Positions 1-10,088 of a stretch of 36,461 nt of DNA are shown piece by piece. Numbering within the stretch: the first letter of the stretch is position 1; each line of letters opens with the position of its first letter. A program made the position numbers and the translations under genes. A model generated the notes under the pieces. That model was not told the DNA's origin. It saw nothing but the letters and a program-made list of their open reading frames with translations, and made no database searches. Source of the DNA: Deltaproteobacteria bacterium (GTDB taxonomy: Bacteria; Myxococcota_A; UBA9160; SMWR01); NCBI GenBank assembly GCA_032128375.1, contig JAQBGU010000090.1, positions 1 through 36,461 on the forward strand, in the 5' to 3' direction.

Positions 1-32
1 GACAGCACGAAAACCCGGAACATGAAGGGGAA

Positions 33-140
33 TCTTCAGCGGCACTTGGATAGGAGTCTTCAACGGCACTTAGATAGGAGTCTTCAACGGCACTTGGATA
101 AGAGTCTTTCAACGGCACTCGAGAACGGGAGTCTTCAACC
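33..140. repeat. 24-bp tandem repeat (consensus TCTTCAACGGCACTTGGATAGGAG), three near-perfect copies plus two degenerate/partial copies
   Basis: Units at 33-56, 57-80, 81-104, degenerate 105-131, partial 132-140; no unique spacers; ends 14 bp before the secA stop codon. Confidence 0.9.
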
Positions 141-154
141 GAGACGGCCGGGAT

Positions 155-2914
155 TCAGCGCGCTCCACAGCACTTCTTGTACTTCTTGCCGCTCCCGCAA
201 ACGCAAAGGTCATTGCGACCGATCTTACCCGCCGTGTTGGGGGTTGCGGCGCCGCCTCTCCGGGAGGCGTCTCGGCGCACCGTCTTCGCCGCCTGCGGTC
301 TCGCCTCCGGTGGCTCATCGCCGGGCCCGGTGCCAGGCATTTCGCCAGCCGAATTCGGCAACGGAGGGGGGAGTGTGAACTTGAAGATCACGTCGATGGC
401 CTGGCTATCGGAGCGATGATTCATCTCTTCGAACAACGCATAGCCCTCGCGCTGGTATTCGAGTTTCGGATCCTTTTGGGCGTAGCCGCGCAGTCCCACG
501 CTGTCGCGGAGACTGTCCATCGTGTGGAGGTGATCCTTCCACTGCCCGTCGACAATCTGCAACAGAATATCGCGCTCGAGCTCTTCGAAGCGCGGGTAGC
601 CGACGCTCGCGTGTTCCTGCGCCAGCGTATCGCATTGCTTCTTCTTTTCTTCGAGCCGCAGCATCAATTCGTCGTGCACCGTTCGTCCAAACTCGTCGCG
701 ATCCGTGGGCGGTCGCCCATCAACCGTCATCGGCGCCACACTCGGATCGAGCTTCAGCCCGAACTGCGCCTCGATGATGCCGGCCAACGAAACCAGGTCG
801 TCGTGTTCGGGGTCGCCCTTTTCCGGCCACAGGTCATCGAGAATCGCCACGAGGACTCCCTCGGCTATCTCGAGCACCTCTTCGTGAACCGCTCGTTGTT
901 CCAGCAAGTCTCGGCGGCGGGTATAAAACGCGTTGCGCTGCTTGTTCATCACGTCGTCGTAGTCCAGCACGTGCTTGCGCATATCGAAGTTGCGCGCTTC
1001 GACCTTGGTCTGCGCGTTCTCGATGACACGTGTCAGAAGCTTGTTTTCGATCGCCTCGCCGTCCTCGACACCGACCCGATCCCACCACGACGCGACCCGT
1101 TCGGATTCAAAAATTCGCAGCAGGTCGTCTTCGAGTGACAAGAAGAATTGGCTCGAACCGGGGTCTCCCTGGCGACCCGAACGGCCGCGAAGCTGGTTGT
1201 CGATTCGACGGCTCTCGTGACGTTCCGTCCCCATGATGTGCATGCCGCCCACTTCGAGGACCTGGTCTCGCTCTGCTTCACACTGCTGGCTGAATTCGGC
1301 CAGCAACGCCTTGAACTCGGGGTGGTCCTTGTCGTGGCCGCATTTCGCCAGCGCCATGAACTCGGCGTTGCCGCCGAGCACGATATCGGTGCCGCGTCCA
1401 GCCATGTTCGTCGATATCGTGACTGCGGCGTAGCGACCGGCCTGCGCAACGATCTCGGCCTCCCGCTCGTGCGCCTTCGCGTTGAGTACGTCGTGTTTGA
1501 CACCGCGCTTGGCGAGTTTCTTCGCGAGCATCTCCGAGGTTTCGATCGAAATCGTGCCGACCAGGACCGGCTGACCGGTTTCGTTGCGCTCGATGATCTC
1601 CTCGATCACCGCGTCGAACTTCTCGCGCTTGCTCTTGAACACGACATCTTGCAGGTCTTTGCGAATCATCGGCTTGTTGGTGGGAACGACCGTGACGTCG
1701 AGCTTGTAGATATTGGCGAACTCAGGCGCCTCGGTATCCGCGGTACCGGTCATACCGGCGAGCTTCTCGTACATCCGGAAGAAGTTCTGGAAGGTCACCG
1801 ACGCGAGCGTCTGGTTTTCGCTCTGCACCGTGATGCCCTCTTTGGCTTCGACTGCCTGGTGGAGCCCGTCCGACCAGCGCCGACCTTCCATCAGCCGACC
1901 GGTGAACTCATCGACAATGACGACCTCCTTGCGTCCGGACTTGCCGATCTGCACGACGTAGTCCACATCCAGCTTCTTCAGCGAATGCGCCGAAAGTGCC
2001 TGATTGACGGCGTGGAGCACGGGAACCATCTGCTGGTCGTAGAGGTTCCCGACGCCGAGCATTTTTTCGACTTTGTGAACGCCAACCTCGGTCAGTGTTG
2101 CCGAGTGGGCCTTCTCGTCGATCCAGTAGTCGCCGGTCTCCTCGAGTTCCTTGCTCACTTCGCCACGCGTACCCTGGGTGAGCCGCGGAATCACCCGATT
2201 GACGACCCCGTACAAGTTCACGTTCTGCTCGGTTCGGCCCGAGATGATCAGCGGTGTGCGCGCTTCGTCGATCAGGATCGAGTCCACCTCGTCGACGATC
2301 GCGAAGGCCAACTCGCGTTGAACGCAATGGTCGATCGACAGCTTCATATTGTCACGCAGGTAATCGAAGCCCAGTTCGTTGTTGGTCACGTAGGTGATGT
2401 CGCAGCCATAGGCGGCGCGACGAGCGACATCGTCCATGTCGTGGACGATGACACCCACGCCAAGACCGAGGAAGCGGTGAACTTCGCCCATCCACTGGGA
2501 GTCTCGCTGCGCGAGGTACTCATTGTGCGTCACGATGTGAATGCCTCGGCCCGATAGCCCGTTCAAATACGAGGGCAACGTGGAAACCAGCGTTTTGCCC
2601 TCGCCGGTCTTCATTTCCGCGATCGACCCGTTGTGGAGAACGATCCCGCCGATCAGCTGGACGTCGTAGTGGCGTTGACCCAGCGTGCGCTTGGCCGCCT
2701 CGCGAACCGTCGCAAACGCCTCCGGGAGCAGATCGTCCAACGTCTCGCCATCGGTCAGGCGCTCGCGAAACACCCGGGTGCGGTCGCGCAGCTCCGCGTC
2801 CGAGAGCTTGACGAGCTCTGGTTCGATCGAGTTGATCCGAGCGATCGCGGGCAGCAGCCCTTTGATCAGCCGTTCGTTGGCACTACCGAAGATCTTCTGG
2901 ACGAAACTCGACAT
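155..2914 (-). CDS. secA: Preprotein translocase subunit SecA
   Basis: 919 aa; EMKTGEGKTL Walker A, IVDEVDSILIDEARTPLIISG, TNMAGRGTDIVLGG, HESRRIDNQLRGRSGRQGDPG, C-terminal SEC-C motif CVCGSGKKYKKCC. Confidence 0.99.
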   Translation of the reverse strand: MSSFVQKIFGSANERLIKGLLPAIARINSIEPELVKLSDAELRDRTRVFRERLTDGETLDDLLPEAFATVREAAKRTLGQRHYDVQLIGGIVLHNGSIAEMKTGEGKTLVSTLPSYLNGLSGRGIHIVTHNEYLAQRDSQWMGEVHRFLGLGVGVIVHDMDDVARRAAYGCDITYVTNNELGFDYLRDNMKLSIDHCVQRELAFAIVDEVDSILIDEARTPLIISGRTEQNVNLYGVVNRVIPRLTQGTRGEVSKELEETGDYWIDEKAHSATLTEVGVHKVEKMLGVGNLYDQQMVPVLHAVNQALSAHSLKKLDVDYVVQIGKSGRKEVVIVDEFTGRLMEGRRWSDGLHQAVEAKEGITVQSENQTLASVTFQNFFRMYEKLAGMTGTADTEAPEFANIYKLDVTVVPTNKPMIRKDLQDVVFKSKREKFDAVIEEIIERNETGQPVLVGTISIETSEMLAKKLAKRGVKHDVLNAKAHEREAEIVAQAGRYAAVTISTNMAGRGTDIVLGGNAEFMALAKCGHDKDHPEFKALLAEFSQQCEAERDQVLEVGGMHIMGTERHESRRIDNQLRGRSGRQGDPGSSQFFLSLEDDLLRIFESERVASWWDRVGVEDGEAIENKLLTRVIENAQTKVEARNFDMRKHVLDYDDVMNKQRNAFYTRRRDLLEQRAVHEEVLEIAEGVLVAILDDLWPEKGDPEHDDLVSLAGIIEAQFGLKLDPSVAPMTVDGRPPTDRDEFGRTVHDELMLRLEEKKKQCDTLAQEHASVGYPRFEELERDILLQIVDGQWKDHLHTMDSLRDSVGLRGYAQKDPKLEYQREGYALFEEMNHRSDSQAIDVIFKFTLPPPLPNSAGEMPGTGPGDEPPEARPQAAKTVRRDASRRGGAATPNTAGKIGRNDLCVCGSGKKYKKCCGAR

Positions 2915-3062
2915 GGGACGGACGGCAATCTCCCGGGGGAAGGGCTTGGCGAAAAGATGCGTGGGGATAGCAGTGTACGAAAGCGCTTCCGGCGCGCCAG
3001 TTTGATCACCCCCAGCCTGTTGTCAAGGCTGCCTGACCGGCCAAAAAGACGCTGGCGTCGTC

Positions 3063-4055
3063 CTAGTCGAAGATGTAATCCAGCGGGTTGACGGCCTTGC
3101 CCTTCTGCTCCACGACATAGTGAACGTGCGGCCCGGTGCTGCGGCCGCTGTTGCCGAGCGACGCAATCCGCTGGCCGCGCTCGACGCTGTCTCCGCGTTT
3201 CACGAAGAGATCGTCGCTGTGGCCGTACAGGGTTCGGATGCCGTGGCCGTGGTCGATGATGATGCTCTGGCCCAGCGGGCCACGCTTGCCAGAGAACACG
3301 ACCTTACCGCTTGCGGAAGCCACAACGTCGGTACCGCGCTCGCCTGCAATATCGATCCCCGCGTGGAACTGCTTGAGGTTGGTGAACGGCGACGTCCGCG
3401 AACCAAAGCTTGACGTCAGCCAGCCCTTGGCGGGCCAGATCGCCGGCGTTGACGCCAGGCGGTCGCGTTTGGAGACCAGCTGATCGGCCAACATTTCGAG
3501 CGATATCTGCTGTTGCTCGGCCAATTGGCTCAGCTGTTGTGCGTCGCGTACGTTCGCTTCAACGGAGCCAGGACCAGAGGCGGCAGCACCCAGGTCCGCC
3601 TTGGGCTCGATCGGAATCGGCAATGCCTGTTCGTCCGGTCTGATCACCCCGACGCCGGTTTCGTCTGTGGGGGAATCCGCGTCCGCTCGCGGCGAAATGT
3701 CATCGGGCAGCATCTCCGAGACTTCCTCGCCGCCGGTTGCAGCCGACCCTGGCAGATTCGCGATGATTCGGACTTTCCGTTCGAATTCACCAATCTGCTT
3801 CAGCTGGCTCTTGACCTCTGCGAGCTTCGCCTCGAACGCGGCGATCTGCGCGCTCTGCTCTGCGACGACGACGCGCAATCCGGGCAACTCGCCGTGCTCC
3901 AGCCGAACGTTCACGTAGTCGACGGAAGCGACGATCAACATCGCAACGGCAGCCGCCGCTGAGCCCAACGCGCGCTGCAAGGTTTGCTTGTTGACGGAGA
4001 ACCGGCGAACCGGTGCCGTTTCATTTCCCACCACGATCACGGAATACTGGTCCAT
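3063..4055 (-). CDS. M23 family metallopeptidase with N-terminal TM segment and coiled coil (NlpD/MepM-like)
   Basis: HAGIDI (HxxxD) and GRSTGPHVHY (HxH) motifs, C-terminal VNPLDYI; hydrophobic N-terminal segment followed by heptad-rich region. Confidence 0.92.
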   Translation of the reverse strand: MDQYSVIVVGNETAPVRRFSVNKQTLQRALGSAAAAVAMLIVASVDYVNVRLEHGELPGLRVVVAEQSAQIAAFEAKLAEVKSQLKQIGEFERKVRIIANLPGSAATGGEEVSEMLPDDISPRADADSPTDETGVGVIRPDEQALPIPIEPKADLGAAASGPGSVEANVRDAQQLSQLAEQQQISLEMLADQLVSKRDRLASTPAIWPAKGWLTSSFGSRTSPFTNLKQFHAGIDIAGERGTDVVASASGKVVFSGKRGPLGQSIIIDHGHGIRTLYGHSDDLFVKRGDSVERGQRIASLGNSGRSTGPHVHYVVEQKGKAVNPLDYIFD

Positions 4056-4221
4056 TCACTCCCCAAGAGTTCGAACGCGCGATCAGCGTCATATCGCTTC
4101 GACGCGCTTGCCCTCAATAGGCGGTTCTTAGTTAGTTGTGCTTTCGCTGCTTTTCGGAAAATTTTTCACTTCGTCGTCGACCCGCTGGGTCACTCTCCTC
4201 GGCTCTACACATCATGGTTTC

Positions 4222-4554
4222 TCAATAACCTTCGGGCAATTTGACTTGGAGCAACAACTTTCCGAGCAATATCTCGTCTCCCGCGCAGAGTTTCATCCGC
4301 GCTTCGCGCTTGCCGTTCACCGCGGTACCGTTGGTACTCCCCAAGTCTTCGACAAAGAAGGAATCGCCGTCGAAGCCAATGGCCAAATGCGCTCGGGAAA
4401 TCGTGGGTTCGGCGATGATCACATCCGCGGTTCGTCCTCGGCCCACCACCATCCAATCGCGATCGACGGGTAGCTCCAACCCCTCAAAGAACCCTTTCAT
4501 CACCCGAATCGATACGCCCGATGGCACAGGGCCAGCCAATTCGCGTTCCTCCAT
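4222..4554 (-). CDS. Stand-alone FHA domain protein (start uncertain; could begin further upstream)
   Basis: VGRG, ISRAH and DLGSTNGT FHA motifs; ATG at 4554 preceded by GGAG; frame is open upstream to 4707. Confidence 0.88.
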   Translation of the reverse strand: MEERELAGPVPSGVSIRVMKGFFEGLELPVDRDWMVVGRGRTADVIIAEPTISRAHLAIGFDGDSFFVEDLGSTNGTAVNGKREARMKLCAGDEILLGKLLLQVKLPEGY

Positions 4555-4769
4555 GGAAATGGCTCCAACCTTTTCTTCGTCATCCAGCCAGGTCTCGGTT
4601 GTGACCGGGAACACATTGGCTCGCTCGCGATGACCTTTCGGAACCTGATCGGAGCTTTCGGGCAAAGCCTTGAACGGACTGCAGCGAATGACTGATAAAT
4701 CAATCAATTCAAAAGGTTACAGTCCTAACTTGCCAGAAACGGCCGGGACGTGATCGGGAAAAGGGGAAT

Positions 4770-6470
4770 TTATAGAGTGGCACGCGAACGCAACAGCTCT
4801 CGCGCGTGGCTCCGCGTTGCCTCTCCGATTTCCTCGCCACCGGCCATGCGTGCGATCTCCTCGACGCGCTCCGCGCCTTCGACCCGGATCACACTGACCT
4901 GGGTACCGGTTGGCTGCTCGCTCTTCTGGACCCGAAAATGCCGACTCGCATAGGCGGCGATCTGTGGGAGGTGGGTGATGCACAAGACCTGGTGTCGAAC
5001 AGCAAGCTCGGCGAGGCTGCGGCCGACTTTGTCGGCGACGGCGCCGCCGATGCCGGCGTCGACTTCGTCGAAGATCAACACCATTCCCGCGTCTGTCTCG
5101 CGAATGACCGACTTGATCGCCAGAAATGCGCGAGAGAGTTCGCCACCGGACGCCACCTTGCGCAGTGGAAGCAGCTCACCGCTTGCGTTCGCTGAGAAGC
5201 GAAACTCGGGCACCTCGTGGCCGCCAGGGCCGCACGGTGCACCATCGGGTGCAACACTCGGGTCGAGCGCAATCGCAAAGCGCGCCTGTGGCATCGCGAG
5301 TTCACGTAGAGCACTCTCGACTGCCTTCGCGACCTTGAGACCGGCTTTCTTTCGCCCGGCGCTCAACTTTCCCGCATCCGCGGCAAGCTTTTCGGCCAGC
5401 TGCGCGCGTTCGATTTCGATCGCTGCGGCGCGCTCGCTGGCGCCTTCCAAAGCGTCGAGTTCCGATTGCGCGTTGTCGCGAAACAAAAGCACCTCGGCAA
5501 CCGAGCCACCGTATTTTCGTTGCAGCATTTCGACTTGAGAGAGTCTCAGCTCAGCGGCCGCCAAGCGCGCGGGATCGGCCTCGATCGCGGAAACATAACG
5601 TTCGAGGTCGGCACCAATATCGCGAATCTCTTCGTTCGCGGACTGGACGCGCGAAAGCAGTGGCTCGAGGCTGGGGTCGAGTACGGCGAGCGCTTCGAGC
5701 CAGCGGGATGCTTCTGCCAACAGATCGCCAGCGTTCGCATCATCTGAGCCTGTCAGGTCTCCCGACAGCACCGCCTGTGCGGCCGACCCCTGTTCGCACA
5801 GCCGCTCAGCATTGGCGAGCCGCGAGCGGTACGAACGCAGTTCATCGACCGCGTCGGGATCGAGATCGGCGTCGTCGATCTCGCCGATCTGATAGCGCAA
5901 GAAGTCGCGGCGCTGCTCGCGGTCCCGCTCGGCACCGTGCAGTTCGGCCAACTCCTGAGCCAGCAAACGCAGGCGCCCGTATTGTTCTGCCACAGCCGTG
6001 CGAAGCTTCGTGAGCCCAGCCGCGCGATCCAGCAATCTCCCGTGAGTTTCCGGTCGCAGCAGCGCCTGTGAATCGTGTTGGCTCGAAATCTCGATGCGTC
6101 CGCGAAACAGCTCGGCGAGCAGCGTCGCTGGCACCAACTGCCCACCCAAGCGCGCCCGGCTGCGGCCACCGCGGGCTACCGTGCGCCGCACCACCAGCTC
6201 GGATTCGTCGCTCGCGAAACCGCGTTCTGCGAGATCCGCCGCGAGTTCCGCGAGGTCATGCGTGCGAAAGATCGCATCGACCGCCGCTTCGTCACAGCCT
6301 TCCCGGACGATCTGCGGGTTCGCGCGCGTTCCGGCCAGCAAGGCGAGCGCACCGAGCACAATCGACTTGCCCGCGCCCGTCTCCCCTGTCAGCACGTTCA
6401 AACCGGGTCCGAACTCCAATTCCTCGCTCTCGACAATCGCGAAATTTTCGATCTTCAATGTCTCGATCAA
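4770..6470 (-). CDS. recN: DNA repair protein RecN
   Basis: IETLKIENFAIV, GLNVLTGETGAGKS, ASGGELSR, LIFDEVDAGIGG, QVLCITHLPQIA; TTG start overlaps the nadK TGA stop (TTGA). Confidence 0.97.
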   Translation of the reverse strand: MIETLKIENFAIVESEELEFGPGLNVLTGETGAGKSIVLGALALLAGTRANPQIVREGCDEAAVDAIFRTHDLAELAADLAERGFASDESELVVRRTVARGGRSRARLGGQLVPATLLAELFRGRIEISSQHDSQALLRPETHGRLLDRAAGLTKLRTAVAEQYGRLRLLAQELAELHGAERDREQRRDFLRYQIGEIDDADLDPDAVDELRSYRSRLANAERLCEQGSAAQAVLSGDLTGSDDANAGDLLAEASRWLEALAVLDPSLEPLLSRVQSANEEIRDIGADLERYVSAIEADPARLAAAELRLSQVEMLQRKYGGSVAEVLLFRDNAQSELDALEGASERAAAIEIERAQLAEKLAADAGKLSAGRKKAGLKVAKAVESALRELAMPQARFAIALDPSVAPDGAPCGPGGHEVPEFRFSANASGELLPLRKVASGGELSRAFLAIKSVIRETDAGMVLIFDEVDAGIGGAVADKVGRSLAELAVRHQVLCITHLPQIAAYASRHFRVQKSEQPTGTQVSVIRVEGAERVEEIARMAGGEEIGEATRSHARELLRSRATL

Positions 6471-7327
6471 CGGGTCCCCCAACGCAATTTGCTGCGCATC
6501 ACCTCGAATCGGCTCCGATTGGGCGGTACCAGCATCCGCAGTGGCGAATCCGATTTGCTCAACTCGACCACTTCGCCCTCCTCCAACATACGACCCACCT
6601 GGCCATCGACAGTGAGGTGAACCTCTCCGCCGCGCGCATCGCACAGCTGAATTCGCACGTGGCAGTCTTGGGGCAACACCAGCGGACGTTGCGTCAAGGC
6701 GTGCGGGCAGATCGGCGTGAGCACGATCGCTCCGATGCCCGGCAGCAAAAGCGGCCCACCGGCCGATAGCGAATACGCGGACGAACCAGTCGGTGTCGCG
6801 ACAATCAGACCGTCGGCGTGATAGGTGGTGACTTCGACGTCGTCGGCCCATGTCTGGAGATCGATCATCCGTGACAGCGTGCTCTTGGAAATCACCGCAT
6901 CGTTGAGTGCCAGGTAGTTTCCGGCCTCGCGACCATCCTTGGTGATTCGCACATCGAGGCGCATGCGTGTTTCGGTGCGAAAACCGCCGGCGACGACCAG
7001 ATCCAGTGTTTCGAAGAGTTCCTCTTTCGAAATTTCACTGAGAAAACCCAGCGTGCCGAGATTGACGCCGAGGACCGGCACGTCGCTCAGACCCATGGCC
7101 CGAGCCACGGCCAGAAGCGAACCATCGCCGCCCAATACGATCACCAAATCAACCTGCGTGGCGAGTTCGGCGCGCGGCACAGCGGTGCCGCCGGACGCGT
7201 TCGCAGCTTCCGGATCGAGCATCACATCGATCTTGCGCTCTCGCAGCCACTGTTCGACTTCGCGCACCCAGGGACCCAGCTGGAGCTGGTCTGGCTTGAG
7301 GCAGATGCCGATCGCGCGGATGACCAT
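6467..7327 (-). CDS. nadK: NAD(+) kinase
   Basis: LGGDGSLL, GVNLGTLGFL, ALNDAVI, DGLIVATPTGSSAYSLSAGGP; classic nadK-recN synteny. Confidence 0.97.
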   Translation of the reverse strand: MVIRAIGICLKPDQLQLGPWVREVEQWLRERKIDVMLDPEAANASGGTAVPRAELATQVDLVIVLGGDGSLLAVARAMGLSDVPVLGVNLGTLGFLSEISKEELFETLDLVVAGGFRTETRMRLDVRITKDGREAGNYLALNDAVISKSTLSRMIDLQTWADDVEVTTYHADGLIVATPTGSSAYSLSAGGPLLLPGIGAIVLTPICPHALTQRPLVLPQDCHVRIQLCDARGGEVHLTVDGQVGRMLEEGEVVELSKSDSPLRMLVPPNRSRFEVMRSKLRWGTR

Positions 7328-7379
7328 TCTATCGCTCCCAGGAGGCCGCTGAACTATCTCACGTTGCTAGCATCAGCGC

Positions 7380-8747
7380 ATGTCCCCTGATGACAACCAG
7401 GACTCCTTGGAATTATTTCCCGGTGAGACATCGTCGTTGCCAAGTTCGCAACAGGTCGACCCGCGCGCACCGCTGGCTGAACGCATGCGTCCACGAAGCC
7501 TCGATGAAGTCGTCGGGCAGCCGAACCTGTTGCGCGACGGCGCAGCATTGCGCTCGCTGGCAGAGTCCGATGCGCTGCCTTCGCTGATCCTTTGGGGACC
7601 GCCCGGTTGTGGCAAGACGACGCTCGCTCGCGTGCTGGCCGGCGGTGCGAACGCGCGGTTCGAGCCGCTCTCGGCCGTGACCGCCGGCGTGAAGGAAATC
7701 CGCGAAGTGGTCGCACGGGCAAGGCGCGACCGGCGACGAACCGTACTTTTTCTGGACGAATTACATCGCCTCAATCGCGCCCAACAAGATTCGCTGCTGC
7801 CGCACGTCGAAGCCGGCACGATAACGCTGATCGGGGCCACCACCGAGAACCCATCGTTCGAAGTCAATGCGCCGCTGCTATCGCGTTGTCGCGTTTTCAC
7901 GTTGTCGCGGCTGGCCGAAGATGCGCTCGCTGCGCTGATTCGACGCGCTGCGGACGACACCGAACGCGGGCTCGGTCGCTCGGGAGTGGAGGTCGAACTG
8001 CACTGCGTCGAGGCGATCGCGCACGCGGCTGACGGCGATGCGCGCCGGGCGCTCGGACTGCTCGAAGCGGCGATCGCCGTCCACTTGCGAACCGCCGAAG
8101 CCGGGCAGGCCCTTTCGATCGATACGGTCAAGGAGGCTGCCGGCACGCGGCTGTTGGTTCACGATCGAGACCGCGAAGAGCACTACAACGTGGTGTCGGC
8201 ACTGATCAAGAGCCTGCGGGCCAGCGACCCCGACGCCGCGCTCTACTACGCAGCACGCATGCTCGACGCTGGTGAGGACGCACTCTTCCTGGCGCGCCGG
8301 CTGGTGATTTTTGCCTCAGAGGACATCGGAAACGCCGAGCCGCAGGCGTTGAGTGTGGCCGCGTCGGGCCACCTGGTGATCGAGCGGATCGGAATGCCCG
8401 AGGCTCGCCTCACGCTGGCACAGGTTGTGACGTTTCTGGCGTGTGCGCCCAAGAGCAACGCTTCCTATGTCGCATTGAAACGCGCCAGCGAAGCGGTCGC
8501 CAACCACGGGTCACTGCCGGTCCCCTTGCATCTGCGCAATGCGCCGACTGCGCTGATGAAGGGTCTCGGATACGGCCGCGAGTACGAGTACCCGCATGAC
8601 GCACCCGACCAGTTCGTGTCGCGCAGCAACCTGCCGGACGAAATCGGCGACGTGCGCTTTTACGAACCCTCCGGACAGGGAGCCGAAGCGGAGACTCGCC
8701 GGCGGCTCGACGCGTGGCGCAAACGTCGCGAAACTGGTGAGCGCTGA
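7380..8747 (+). CDS. rarA: Replication-associated recombination protein A (MgsA/RarA AAA+ ATPase)
   Basis: PLAERMRPRSLDEVVGQ, LWGPPGCGKTT, FLDELHR, GATTENPSF, ASEDIGNA, VPLHLRNAPT. Confidence 0.97.
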   Translation: MSPDDNQDSLELFPGETSSLPSSQQVDPRAPLAERMRPRSLDEVVGQPNLLRDGAALRSLAESDALPSLILWGPPGCGKTTLARVLAGGANARFEPLSAVTAGVKEIREVVARARRDRRRTVLFLDELHRLNRAQQDSLLPHVEAGTITLIGATTENPSFEVNAPLLSRCRVFTLSRLAEDALAALIRRAADDTERGLGRSGVEVELHCVEAIAHAADGDARRALGLLEAAIAVHLRTAEAGQALSIDTVKEAAGTRLLVHDRDREEHYNVVSALIKSLRASDPDAALYYAARMLDAGEDALFLARRLVIFASEDIGNAEPQALSVAASGHLVIERIGMPEARLTLAQVVTFLACAPKSNASYVALKRASEAVANHGSLPVPLHLRNAPTALMKGLGYGREYEYPHDAPDQFVSRSNLPDEIGDVRFYEPSGQGAEAETRRRLDAWRKRRETGER

Positions 8748-8859
8748 CCGGGATTCCGGCCTCCGATCGGTGTGCCTCGTCGCAGCGAGCCAGTCGGGTC
8801 CAGACACTGGGATGCTTGCAGCAGTGCGAATCCGGATCGACCGTCAGAATGTCTGAGAT

Positions 8860-9765
8860 TCAAGTCTCGATGCGATTTCGGCCGTTCTTCTTGGCGAGGT
8901 AGAGTTTCTGGTCGGCGACCGCGATCAATTCCTCCGGCGATTCCATCACGCCGTCGTACTGCGCTATACCGATGCTCAGTGTGACATGGGCTCGACGACC
9001 GCCGGGAATCTCGTACGCGGTCGACTCCACACGCTGTCTCCAGCGTTCGCTCATCATGGCCGCGCCATCGAGATCACCTTGCATCACGACGAAGAGTTCT
9101 TCGCCGCCGTAACGGCCCGCGACGTCGGTCGCTCGCACCACTCTATTGAGCTGATCCGAAACACCACGAAGCACCACATCCCCACCGGGATGTCCGTATT
9201 CGTCGTTGAGCGACTTGAAGTGATCGAGGTCGGCCATCACAACCGAAATCGGGTACCCGTAGCGGCGGGCGCGGAGGAAGTCGACAGCAAGTCGCTCGAA
9301 CACGTAGCGCCGGGTTCGGAGCTGCGTCAGCCCATCGACTGATGACAGAAGCTCCAACTCCTCGTTCTTCGCGCGAAGCTCTTCTTGCAACCGCTTGACC
9401 TTCAGATGCAACTTCAAGCGCGCGATGAGGTCGGCTGGGTGAAACGGTTTCGCTATCGCGTCGCACGCCCCACCATCGAGGAGTCGTGCCTTGCGGTCGA
9501 GATCCGTCGTGCCCGTCAAGAACACGAAGGGGATGTAGTCACCCAAGGCGTTCTTCTGCTTGACGCGCAGCAGCTTCTCGCCATCGAGGCCGGGCAATTC
9601 CAGATCGCACAGCACCAGATCGACGTTCTCGGCCAGCAGCATTTTCAGCCCCTGGTAGCCATCGGTAGCCTCGAGAATCGTATCGAACAGACTTGCTTCC
9701 TCTATCGCCACGCGGATTTCTCCCCGTTGCGTTTCGGAATCGTCGACTATCAGAATCGTTGCCAT
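8860..9765 (-). CDS. Response regulator (REC) - diguanylate cyclase (GGDEF), WspR/PleD-like
   Basis: N-terminal ILIVDDS...LCDLELP...KPF receiver domain; DGLT, DLDHFKSLND, RATD I-site (RxxD) followed by RYGGEEL active-site motif. Confidence 0.93.
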   Translation of the reverse strand: MATILIVDDSETQRGEIRVAIEEASLFDTILEATDGYQGLKMLLAENVDLVLCDLELPGLDGEKLLRVKQKNALGDYIPFVFLTGTTDLDRKARLLDGGACDAIAKPFHPADLIARLKLHLKVKRLQEELRAKNEELELLSSVDGLTQLRTRRYVFERLAVDFLRARRYGYPISVVMADLDHFKSLNDEYGHPGGDVVLRGVSDQLNRVVRATDVAGRYGGEELFVVMQGDLDGAAMMSERWRQRVESTAYEIPGGRRAHVTLSIGIAQYDGVMESPEELIAVADQKLYLAKKNGRNRIET

Positions 9766-10088
9766 GTTGGAAGCTTCCCATTGGACCTATCGGTCGGAAC
9801 CGCCGGATCCTGATGCCGCGACGGCCGAATCCAGTCCGGGCGTCCTCGCAAACCCGACAGCGCATCACGGACACGCAACGAAACGCGCATCCCCGTCAAT
9901 GCGGTCGCGTTTCGCGCGGTTGATCTCGATGCGTGTCGGGGGCCCGAATCGCCCGGGTTTGATGGGGTTTCCGATGACGCCGGACTCCCAGCACGCTGCG
10001 GGCCCACGTGCGGATTCGAGCGCATGTATGCTGGCCTGGCAGCCGATTCGCCGCACACCATTCTCGCACCCAATCCGAGGAGGTCCCG

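Noticed and set aside
33..140. CRISPR array
   Set aside because: Repeats are head-to-tail with no unique spacers, and no cas genes are present in the window
22..378. 118-aa ORF with QRHLDRSL repeats
   Set aside because: Mostly antisense to the secA 3' end; the peptide repeat is explained by the DNA repeat having a length divisible by 3
6471..6851. N-terminal extension of RecN in the 693-aa ORF call
   Set aside because: Overlaps nadK in another frame; RecN homology starts at the TTG at 6470
9845..10020. c-di-GMP riboswitch near the diguanylate cyclase
   Set aside because: Only fragmentary resemblance (GCAAACCC...ACGCAA) without the GNRA loop/receptor layout; the hairpins present (e.g. 9879-9914) are not diagnostic in GC-rich DNA
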